Shown piece after piece: positions 37,632 to 53,723 of a stretch of DNA of 64,000 nt (its first letter is position 1; each line of letters opens with the position of its first letter). The stretch is from NCBI GenBank assembly GCA_950097015.1, contig CATNEN010000025.1:2604001-2668000 (forward strand). Direction: 5' to 3'. Source of the stretch: Macrostomum hystrix (taxonomy: Eukaryota; Animalia; Platyhelminthes). The notes under the pieces were generated by a model. That model was not told the DNA's origin, did not search any database, and saw nothing but the letters and a program-made list of their open reading frames with translations. The translations under genes and the position numbers were made by a program.

Positions 37632-37844
37632 TGCTGATACGAATAGTTTGTTTTTCTCAATTCTTTTTAAGTCTTTGTATTTTCAACTGACTCGCAGCTG
37701 CTGCTGCTGCAGTCAATCTCAGCACTTGGCCGCGATTTAGTGGGCTGCTGGAATTACAACAGAGGAAGCAATCTGCTTATACATTCCGATTATTGCAACC
37801 TTTAGAGCGTGACTGATGGGATATTTCTTGGGGTTCTGCATATT

Positions 37845-38345
37845 TAGGATCTGCTTGTTTGGGATCTGCTTATTGGGGATCTGTTTATTATGTGATCTGT
37901 TTATTTAGGATCCGCGTATTTGGGATCTGTTTATTTGAGATCTGCTTATTGAAATCCAATTCATCCTAAATTGATTTGATTTAGGATCCGCGTATTTGGG
38001 ATCTGTTTATTTGAGATCTGCTTATTGAAATCCAATTCATCCTAAATTGATTTGATTTAGGATCCGCGTATTTGGGATCTGTTTATTTGAGATCTGCTTA
38101 TTGAAATCCAATTCATCCTAAATTGATTTGATTTAGGATCTGCTTATTTGGGATCTGCACATTTGGGATCTGTTTATTTTGGATCTGCATAATTGGGGTC
38201 TGTTTATTTGGGATCTGTTTATTTGGGATCTGTTTATTTGGGATCTGTTTATTTGGGATCTGTTTATTTGGGATCTGTTTATTTGGGATCTGTTTATTTG
38301 GGATCTGTTTATTTGGGATCTGTTTATTTGGGATATGTTTTTTTG
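37845..38345. repeat. 15-bp minisatellite (ttatttgggatctgt) with an embedded 76-bp triplication
   Basis: The 76-bp units start at 37908, 37984 and 38060. Confidence 0.9.
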
Positions 38346-38949
38346 GGATGAAAATATTGGAGATTCGCTCTTTTAATAACTCTTGATTGGGATCTGCAGA
38401 TTGGGGATCTTTGAATTAATTCGGAATGCAATGTTTACGTCGAATTCGAAACACTATTCTTCCTTAAACTTGTAGAAAACTAAAATTGCATGTATTTCAT
38501 TGATTTGGCATTTGTAAAATTCAATTATTATGGCACTCACTACAGAATTTCACAAATTGGGTAGTGAACTTTTAGATGGAAGAAATCGTGACGAAGATGT
38601 TCAAAAGCAGTGAAGATGGACAACCAAGGCCACTAGGGATATTCTATAGCTCCGCGCAGAGACAAAACATCCGGTCGTTATCGCGAGACGACAAAAACCG
38701 CGTTTGAGTCCTCTGGGAATATTGTTTAGACTAAGGGATTCACAAATCCAAAACATAAACACCAAATCCCTTGCTTCGAGTCGTTAAAAAGCTGAAATTT
38801 CTCCAGCCACAGCAGCTGACGTTTTGGAAACAGTTTTAACATATTTATCGATACATTTATCTGTGTTCTATGGGTATATTTGTAACGCTTGCCTCGAAAC
38901 ACCGATAAACAGCTTCGATTTATGGGAACATCTGTGGGTCTTTATGGGT

Positions 38950-41215
38950 AGACTCGTGCTTGTTTAGGGGGTGGCCTGGTTTATGATAGTAGATTCAGGA
39001 AGATAGATTTAGGTAGATTAGGGTAGATTCGTGGTTGCATAGAGAATAGATTCATGGGTAGATTCGTGGGTAGATTCGTGGTTGTGAAGAGGGTAGATTC
39101 GTGGTTGTGTAGAGGGTAGATTCGTGGGTAGATTCATTGGTAGATTCGTGGGTGAATTCGTGGGTAGATTCGTGGGTAGATTCGTGGTTGTGTAGAGGGT
39201 AGATTCGTGGTTGCGAATAGGGTAGATTCATGGTTGCATAGAGGGTAGATTCGTGGTTGCGAATAGGGTAGATTCATGGTTGCATAGAGGGTAGATTCGT
39301 GGTTGCATAGAGAGTAGATTCGTGGTTGCATAGAGGGTAGATTCGTGGTTGTGTAGAGGGTAGATTCATGGTTGCATAGAGGGTAGATTCGTGGTTGCAT
39401 AGAGAGTAGATTCGTGGTTGCATAGAGGGTAGATTCGTGGTTGTGTAGAGGGTAGATTCGTGGTTGCGAATAGGGTAGATTCGTGGTTGCATAGAGGGTA
39501 GATTAGTGGTTGTGAAGAGGGTAGATTCGTGGTTGTGAAGAGGGTAGATTAATAGTGCTTGTTTAGGGGGTGGCCTGGTTTATGATAGTAGATTCAGGAA
39601 GATAGATTTAGGTAGATTAGGGTAGATTCGTGGTTGCATAGAGAATAGATTCATGGGTAGATTCGTGGGTAGATTCGTGGTTGTGAAGAGGGTAGATTCG
39701 TGGTTGTGTAGAGGGTAGATTCGTGGGTAGATTCATTGGTAGATTCGTGGGTGAATTCGTGGGTAGATTCGTGGGTAGATTCATGGTTGCATAGAGGGTA
39801 GATTCGTGGTTGCATAGAGAGTAGATTCGTGGTTGCATAGAGGGTAGATTCGTGGTTGCGAATAGGGTAGATTCATGGTTGCATAGAGGGTAGATTCGTG
39901 GTTGCATAGAGGGTAGATTCGTGGTTGTGTAGAGGGTAGATTCGTGGTTGTGTAGAGGGTAGATTCGTGGTTGCGAATAGGGTAGATTCGTGGTTGCGAA
40001 TAGGGTAGATTCGTGGTTGCATAGAGGGTAGATTAGTGGTTGTGAAGAGGGTAGATTCGTGGTTGTGAAGAGGGTAGATTCGTGGTTGTGTAGAGGGTAG
40101 ATTCGTGGTTGCATAGAGGGTAGATTCGTGGTTGTGAAGAGGGTAGATTCGTGGTTGCATAGAGGGTAGATTAGTGGTTGTGTAGAGGGTAGATTCGTGG
40201 GTAGATTCATGGTAGATTCGTGGGTAAATTCGTGGGTAGATTCGTGGGTAAATTCGTGGGTAGATTCGTGGTTGTGAAGAGGGTAGATTCGTGGTTGTGT
40301 AGAGGGTAGATTCGTGGTTGTGAAGAGGGTAGATTCTTCGTTGTGAAGAGGGTAGATTCGTGGTTGTGAAGAGGGTAGATTCATGGTAGATTCGTGGGTA
40401 AATTCGTGGGTAGATTCGTGGTTGTGTAGAGGGTATATTCGTGGTTGTGAAGAGGATAGATTTGTGGTTGTGTAGAGGGTAGATTCGTGGTTGTGCAGAG
40501 GGTAGATTCGTCGTTGTGAAGAGGGTAGATTCGTGGTTGTGTAGAGGGTAGAGGGTAGATTCGTGGTTGTGAAGAGGGTAGATTCGTGGTTGTGAAGAGG
40601 GTAGATTCGTGGTTGTGTAGAGGGTAGATTCGTGGTTGTGAAGAGGGTAGATTCTTCGTTGTGAAGAGGGTAGATTCGTGGTTGTGAAGAGGGTAGATTC
40701 ATGGTAGATTCGTGGGTAAATTCGTGGGTAGATTCGTGGTTGTGTAGAGGGTATATTCGTGGTTGTGAAGAGGGTAGATTCGTGGTTGTGTAGAGGGTAG
40801 ATTCGTGGTTGTGCAGAGGGTAGATTCGTCGTTGTGAAGAGGGTAGATTCGTGGTTGTGTAGAGGGTAGATTCGTGGTTGTGAAGAGGGTAGATTCATGG
40901 TAGATTCGTGGGTAAATTCGTGGGTAGATTCGTGGTTGTGTAGAGGGTAGATTCGTGGTTGTGAAGAGGGTAGATTCGTGGTTGTGAAGAGGGTAGATTC
41001 GTCGTTGTGAAGAGGGTAGATTCGTGGTTGTGAAGAGGGTAGATTCGTGGTTGTGAAGAGGGTAGATTCGTGGTTGTGAAGAGGGTAGATTCGTGGTTGT
41101 GAAGAGGGTAGATTCGTGGTTGTGAAGAGGGTAGATTCATGTGTAGATTCGGGGGTAAATTCGTGGTTGTGAAGAGGGTAGATTCATGTGTAGATTCGGG
41201 GGTAAATTCGTGGGC
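38950..41215. repeat. Large satellite, about 23-bp unit (agggtagattcgtggttgtgaag and variants) with higher-order duplications
   Basis: Visible units; a unique-looking block at 38956 recurs at 39555. Confidence 0.95.
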
Positions 41216-41834
41216 GGTATTGTCCTTAACCTGCACCAAAAGCGAAGCAACAAGATCAAAATAAGTCGGAGCCAAATATTTCAGACTTACAAAATGAAAG
41301 CAGAACAGGTGCTCCTTTTAAGTTTGAAGTGTCTGTTTGCGATGTAAATTTAAAAGATAGATTAACTTAGGTGCAGGCCTACCTGTGCCTACTATACAGA
41401 AATATATACTAAATCAGTCCAAAAGTTTGCATGGCTTACACTAAATAGGCAAGCCAGCATCAGGGTCCCTATGCAGCCAACCCGAACACTGCCTGCCACA
41501 GCCCGCACCCCAAGAACCAAAGCAGAAACAAGTACGCCTCGCTATACATAATTAATAGAATTAGCACTGCTTTTAGGAACAGCAAAAGCCGTATTGCACA
41601 CACACAGTACAGTATAGTTTTTGGCGTTGTACATTGCATTACTGTCTCTAACTAAGTGAAACTGTGCCATTCAAGTGAAATACTATATCACCGTAGAATT
41701 AAATAATTCGGTCTGGGAGACAGACGCAGTAACGACAGGAAAGAGATTTTTCATGCAAAAGACGTCGGCCTATAAGAGTCATCTAAAACTCGTGGGCGTA
41801 ATTAGAAAGTTAGGAATGGCAGCAACAGATGGTG

Positions 41835-42468
41835 GGACAGGCTGTGATGGAGGGGTGAGACAGGCTGTGATACAGGGGTGAGACAGGCTGTGATACATGG
41901 GTGAGACAGGCTGTGATACATGGGTGAGACAGACTGTGATACAGGGGTGAGACAGGCTGTGATGGAGGGGTGAGACAGGCTGTGATACAGGGATGAGACA
42001 GACTGTGATACAGGGGTGAGACAGGCTGTGATGGAGGGGTGAGACAGGCTGTGATACAGGGATGAGACAAACTGTGATACAGGGGTGAGACAGACTGTGA
42101 TACAGGGGTGAGACAGACTGTGATACAGGGATGAGACAGACTGTGATACAGGGGTGAGACAGGCTGTGATACAGGGGTGAGACAGGCTGTGATACAAGGG
42201 TGAGACTGACTGTGATACAGGGGTGAGACAGACTGTGATACAGGGGTGAGACTGACTGTGATACAGGGGTGAGACAGACTGTGATACAGGGGTGAGACAG
42301 GCTGTGATACAGGGGTGAGACAGGCTGTGATACAGGGGTGAGACAGACTGTGATACAGGGGTGAGACAGACTGTGATACAGGGGTGAGACAGACTGTGAT
42401 ACAGGGGTGAGACAGACTGTGATACAGGGGTGAGACAGACTGTGATACAGGGGTGAGACAGGCTGTGG
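41835..42468. repeat. 21-bp minisatellite (ctgtgatacaggggtgagacagR)
   Basis: Visible tandem units. Confidence 0.93.
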
Positions 42469-42504
42469 GCGAATTGTTATAAACCTTAGTGGCCCTGGCC
42501 TTGA

Positions 42505-42511
42505 AAAATAA

Positions 42512-42543
<32 letters not shown>

Positions 42544-42880
42544 TACAGAAGGGCTGTGGGCAATGGCACATCATTTGGTGACACTATAGACACTCAGCCA
42601 GCGAGGAGGCAATTCTGCCCATTTCGCTGACTCCTGAGCACACACGCACACAGATACTGTACGCAGGCACACGCTTACATAGGTGTGTACATCTGCCCTG
42701 ACTTCCTCATCGTCAGGCAGTGTAAACTCTCAGTGTGCCTTGGAGGTTGGCCCTCAAGGGCGTAAATTGCTCGACAAGCCCTTAAACCCTCTCTGTGGAT
42801 GCGCGCCAAATTAATGCATGGGGCCTCGCCAAGGAATCGAACTCAGGGACTCGTGTTGCAAGAGGCAAATGCGTTGAACT
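42505..42880 (-). mobile_element. SINE family 1 copy
   Basis: Shared body, B-box-like GAGTTCGATTCC on the minus strand and a long (TTA)n tail at about 42513-42543. Confidence 0.8.
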
Positions 42881-45095
42881 TGTGCTTCAGCTATAATAAC
42901 AATTTATGATGTATATTAATCTAAGCAATAAATTTCCGATAACAGGAACAAAACAGTCGTATACTATTTCTAACTGGTTGGTCGACTAAGCAATAGCTAA
43001 TTACGTGGAAAAAATTACGTAGGCAAAGTTTGTAAGCAACGGAAAACTAACAACTCGCTACTTTACAACATCGCAATATTCTGATTTCATCAAATATTTA
43101 AGCATACTATTACTTGCTACAGAACACTGCTTACGTTTATGTAATCTTTACGCATGCTTAGCCATAATTTATAATAAACTAATTTTAGATTTTAATTTTT
43201 TATTTATTTTAATTTAAAAAACAGATTTTCACGCAAACAGATTTTAATTTTTTTAGTGCAAGCAGTGATAATTCACAGTAAACTTAAATGCGAAAAAATT
43301 CATATTTTTTCACACTGACTCATTGTACATTATTTACGGAACTAATGTACATTAGCGCACACGCAATAAATCAATAATATCAGCATATACACTAACTATT
43401 GTAATACAGTAGAGGAGGAATCTAAATTGTTCCAATAGGAAATTTTTCCCATGACTCCTTTCAAGCAAATACCCACTGGCCCATAAGTTCCGAATTGCTC
43501 AATTTCTGCATACAGTCATAAATTAACAAATGCTGCAGTCAAAGTAAAAATCCCCGCTTTTGAAGGATTAAAAATATGAAATCTTTCTGCTTCGCTGCCT
43601 GCAATACCCGGCCATAAAAGCTAAAATCATTACTAAATGGGGCAACACAAACAACAGTAATACGCGCACAATTCAGTTATTTGTTTAACAATAATAGTTT
43701 TACCAAGAATTAACAGATATCAGATTTAATAAATCTAGATTAATTTAAACTATTGAAATCGAGAATTTAAATTTCAATCAATATAGCTAGTGAAGAAACC
43801 ATTTATTAATTAATTGAAATATATTTTTGCTGCTAACAAAACGATCGTCAGCACTTAACAAATCTGTTTAGGTTCTGCAAAGCTCGTACTTTCGTCTTAC
43901 GCTCCAGATAACTTATACAAAACAACTGTTGTTAAAACTTAAGGTAAACTGGCCTAATATATTGATATATTTCAACTACAGAAAATGTATATATTCTATA
44001 TTTAAAAGGATTCTAGGCCTACATTACAACCAAACTAATCAATGCCTAATTGTTTTAAAGTTGAAATAATTAAAGCCAAGACACGCAAACAATTTCTACA
44101 TTTTATTCAAACAATAGCAAATAAAACTAAATAAGTACATAGACTATATCGTTTTACAATAACAAAAAATAGCTGTCATTTTAATAGAAATTTCAGCTGC
44201 ATATCTAAGGCCATTTGAATTAAAAAGTGAAAACAATTGATTTTATTACAAAATTAAACTAAATTAGAAAACTACAGTCAAAAAGAACACTTACAAAATA
44301 GAAGCTTCTAATAAAAAGATTCTAAATGCCACGACACGGAAAGTACAAAAACAAAAAGAGCGTAAACACAACATCAAATGCGCGCGAAGCTACTTACTTC
44401 ACAACAAGTAGTATAAAATTTATCTAGAATTTTTTGAGCATGATTTAGCTTTAAGAAAATACGGAATAATGTACTCAAATTTGAAAACACTGTAAGCGAA
44501 ATTTCTGTAAGAGAAAGAACCGATTATTATTATTTGAGACAGTAAATCTCGAAGATGCAAAAATGATAAAAAATTAGAATACAAAAATAGGACATATTCT
44601 AATATTCATGCTACGACCACAGATGCAATTCCAGCTAGAACTTTTGCCAATGACGACTAACTACGATTATAGCTACAATTCCGGATACTATTTTAGCTAC
44701 GATTGCAGCTTCTTAATTCGATTCCAGAGAAAAGGTGCGCCAATTTAAATGTGCTATATCTTGCTACTAACAGTAGGCGCTTATAGAAAAATACAATAAT
44801 ATAAAATTGAGCATGCACCCGCATTTTTATGCTAGAACTTAAATCAGCAATTAAATCAGCTAAAATAAAAAATCAACAAACCCAGACTAGCCTCGCACTA
44901 ACTCAGAATGCAAATAATGAAAACTATGCAACTCTAAAAAAATTGTCAAGCTCCGACATCTAGAGGAAAGAACTACAATTTTTTAATAACTACTCTACTT
45001 CTAGACAGAAAGCTGCTCAAGCTGATTATAGTCATCTGTTAAAATGATGTCACTTCAAGAAACTATCTACACGAGTATCTCAGATTTGTTCAGAT

Positions 45096-45138
45096 TCAGC
45101 CAGTTGATCCAAGAATGGGTTTCACTTTGACAGCGACT
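45096..45138 (-). CDS. Putative alternative terminal coding exon of NMNAT (GVAVKVKPILGSTG-stop when exon 6 is skipped)
   Basis: A strong acceptor TTTTATCCCTATTCCAG ends at 45139 and pairs with a GTAAGT donor at 45764. Joined to exon 5 (phase 2), it reads open for 14 codons to TGA at 45098-45096. Confidence 0.45.
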
Positions 45139-45194
45139 CTGGAATAGGGATAAAACGAAATTGGGATATGGATAGTGCTTGCTTGTCCAACGAA

Positions 45195-45715
45195 TCTTTC
45201 TCCCCTGCCTCTTTCTCCCCTGTCTCTTTCCCCCCTGCCTCTTTCTCCCCTGCCTCTTTCTCCCCTGCCTCTTTCTCCCCCCGGCCTCTTTCTCCCCTGC
45301 CTCTTTCTCCCCTGCCTCTTTCTCCCCTGCCTCTTTCTTCCCCTGCCTCTTTCTCCCCCTACCTCTTTCTCCCCCTGCCTCTTTCTCCCTACTACCTCTT
45401 TCTCCCCCTGCCTCTTTCTCCCTACTACCTCTTTCTCCCCCTACCTCTTTCTCCCCCTGCCTCTTTCTCCCTACTACCTCTTTCTCCCCTGTCTCTTTCT
45501 TCCCCTGCCTCTTTCTCCCCCTGTCTTTTTCTCCCCCTGCCTCTTTCTCCCTACTACCTCTTTCTCCCCTGTCTCTTTCTTCCCCTGCCTCTTTCTCCCT
45601 ACTACCTCGTTCTGCCCCTGTCTTTTTCTCCCCCTGCCTCTTTCTCCCCCTGCCTCTTTCTCTCTCCCCCTGCCCCTTTCTCCCCTGCCTCTTTCTCCCC
45701 CTGCCTCTTTCTCTC
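45195..45715. repeat. Pyrimidine-rich minisatellite, about 16-17 bp (cctgcctctttctccc)
   Basis: Visible units filling most of the putative NMNAT intron 45139-45764. Confidence 0.92.
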
Positions 45716-45768
45716 ACTATTTTTCCTGTGTTTCCGCTGTTTCTACAAAGCCTGAAGCACTTACCCGA

Positions 45769-50863
<5,095 letters not shown>

Positions 50864-52529
50864 CTAATCTACGTTGCTGCTGATTGGACAGTAGAGTCTA
50901 CAATTGCGTTAAATGGATTGACTGACCTTCTAATGCTATGTTTGCTATAACGAGTCAAGTTTTTCATCGTGTAAAAATCACAAGCAGACACTTAAAACAT
51001 AAAGATAATATAACAATTTTAAATTTGTCAAATATTCTATTAGTTTTATAACAAACTGACATATCTTAGAAAGCAATTAATTGAATAATATGTATGATTA
51101 TTTTAGATTTCTTTATCTAGTTTTTTTCTATTAAAATAAATTCTTAGTTGAAGTAGAAAATATTGGAAACAAATAAAATAAAAGTGAATCCAATTTTTAA
51201 AGTACATGAGAAATAATTCTCCTTTAAAAATATGATTCATAAAAATGATACAAGTAACATTTGCCATTGCATTAAAATCGAAAACTTGAAAATATATATT
51301 GTGTACCCTTTCCAAACATTTCAGTCTAAGGATATGGCAATATCAGAATTATTGCTGAATTTATATAGCAATATTGACCTGGTATCTCACTTAGTGCCTC
51401 ACAAGCTATAGCAGTAGCTATTTTAATATATGTAAAGCAAGATATATTGAATTGCTTTGCTATCTAAACTGTAATATTTTAACTAGATGGTCAGTTGGTC
51501 AGTAAAGAGTATCACATAAAAAGGTAAGGCCAAATTCTAATTTTAGCACCCACTTCTGACAGATGTTTATACTTAATTGCAAGAGGATACATTGACGTTA
51601 TTTTATATTGAATTGAATGTTTTTGACTAGTAAATATTGAGTATTTGCTATCTTAGAAAGAGAAAGAAATAAAACGTCTTTTAATGGTTCAAACACTTGC
51701 CAAAAAATCTAGCTATGCAGCTCTATGATGCCTTTACATCAATAAAGGGGATGCCATGATTAATAAATGATTGTATAACTACCAATTACACGTTTTATGA
51801 AGCTAGAAATAATAAGAGGCTTAACTTAATGTATTCAGATTAGCTATTAATGTTTTTGTGATAAACTACTATAAATAAATTGTCAATTACAATCCGGTGT
51901 CAAGATTTAAGAACGAATTATTGTTTTAGACTTTTATCATAGTTGATATAAATATATTTATGTAAATGTTTCTTCCATAGCTGCCTGTAATTTATGTTTA
52001 AATTTTCTAAAAGAAAGTTGCAAAATCAAAGTCAGAAGTAGAAAAAAAAGTTATTGGCACGGGGTAATTTGAAATTCACGATATACTCGTTTATACACAT
52101 ATTTATATTATTCAGTAAATAGTGTAATACATGTTTACATAAGATGGGCAGATCAGTATATTTATGAATATCTATTATTCTATGTAATAGAATTACAAAG
52201 TTGGGCTTTTTTACATTTCAATAACCGACGACTGATCTGACATGTGGTGCTATGGGTTAATTATTACGCGGGTTTCCTTTATCACCATAAAACACAGCTT
52301 CCACGATGAACTAAGCTTGCGGCAAAAAGATGTACAAACAACTTAACTTTTGTATTTAAAATCTTAAAGCACTGTTTGTTTATTAAAATTAGAGCAGTTT
52401 GGTACAATTAAAATTATATTAGTAAATTTAGCACCAATAATTCATATGTTGTTGTTAATGTATTTAACAAAGCCGTAATTGTCAATTTTAGCTTCTCAGT
52501 GGTAAAGGATGCACGACAATAAACAGGCA

Positions 52530-52857
52530 CAATTTGACTGTCTTCAATTTGGCTGGGGACAATTTGACTGCTGAGCAATTTTACTGTTGACAAAATGTCT
52601 GAGAGAAAAATGACTGTGGACAATTTGACTGACGCAAATTGAATGTCACAATTGGACTGTCACAATTCGACTGCGGACAATTCGACTGTGCATGCAATCT
52701 GACTGCTAACAAAATGAGTGCCACAAAAAGAAATTCAAGAAGCAGTCAAATTGCCATAGTAAACTTTTTGCCAGTTATATTGTCCAACATCAACAGTCAT
52801 GCATATTTTCGGCATCGAATTGAGACAGTCAAATTGTCCGCAGTAAAATTGTGACAG
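52530..52857. repeat. Short foldback/MITE-like element with inverted subterminal motifs (caatttgactg / cagtcaaattg)
   Basis: The motif repeats directly at 52530-52700 and in inverted orientation at 52740-52857. Confidence 0.5.
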
Positions 52858-53723
52858 GAAAATTATGCTAGTCAGTTGTTGTAGACCCAGCGGTAAAGTC
52901 ATACATCATTGGCAAGAAATTGTAGTTTTTTCAAAACTGTTTACTAGTTCTACTAAAAAGAATGCATGACTATATCGTACAGTTACTTATGCTGCACTGA
53001 TCGGTGACAGTTCTTATGCACTAGCAGCAAAGGTTCATTGCTCATCGATATACTCACAACTCGTACTGAGTCAAGGACTATTTGAGTGACAAAGTACTAA
53101 TTAGTCCTTGTACTGAGTGATACGCGGGTACGTCGCGCATTGACTTCCCCGTTTTTGGTATAAATACATTCTCAAAAGTAATCGAATCGCATTTCCGGCA
53201 CCGCAACAGTAACTAAATCCGAAATGTTGGCTTTATCAATAATTTGTTTGTTTCGGTGGCTAATAATACGGGTCGGTCAAACACTTTATAGCCTACTATA
53301 AGTAGGGTAAAAAGCAGCAATACTGTGGTGCCTGACGCGTGAAGCCAAAATTTCTTTCCTTATTGGTCCGGCTAGAGTTGGGGCTGGTCGTCCCTCTCAT
53401 TGGTTCTCGGTAAGCAGTTGCCCCAGTGACTAAGTTCGCTTGAGGAGGAGAATAGAATAAGACAAGAATTGAAGCGCTCGGCAAGAGGAAGAAGAGGCAA
53501 GCTCCACCCAAATATACCCAGCTAACCCCGCAGGCTCTATTGTTCAACTTGGGCCACCTCACTCTGCACCTAAGGCTCGGCCACACCCCAAGCCAGCTCC
53601 TAAGTAAGGAGTGCGCCCCGTCTCCTGAATTACAATTAAAAGAGAAGCCAGCAGAGCTGTCAGCCCTAGAACCAAGCGTATAGAAATTTACGTTAAGCAT
53701 CGCCTCGGAGAGTCTAAAAAAGG

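Noticed and set aside
41225-41290. Minus-strand 60-nt GTAAGT..TGCAG intron followed by GTTAAG, as a recursive splice site or ASPP 5'UTR exons
   Set aside because: The motifs are plausible but cannot be linked to a transcript without RNA data.
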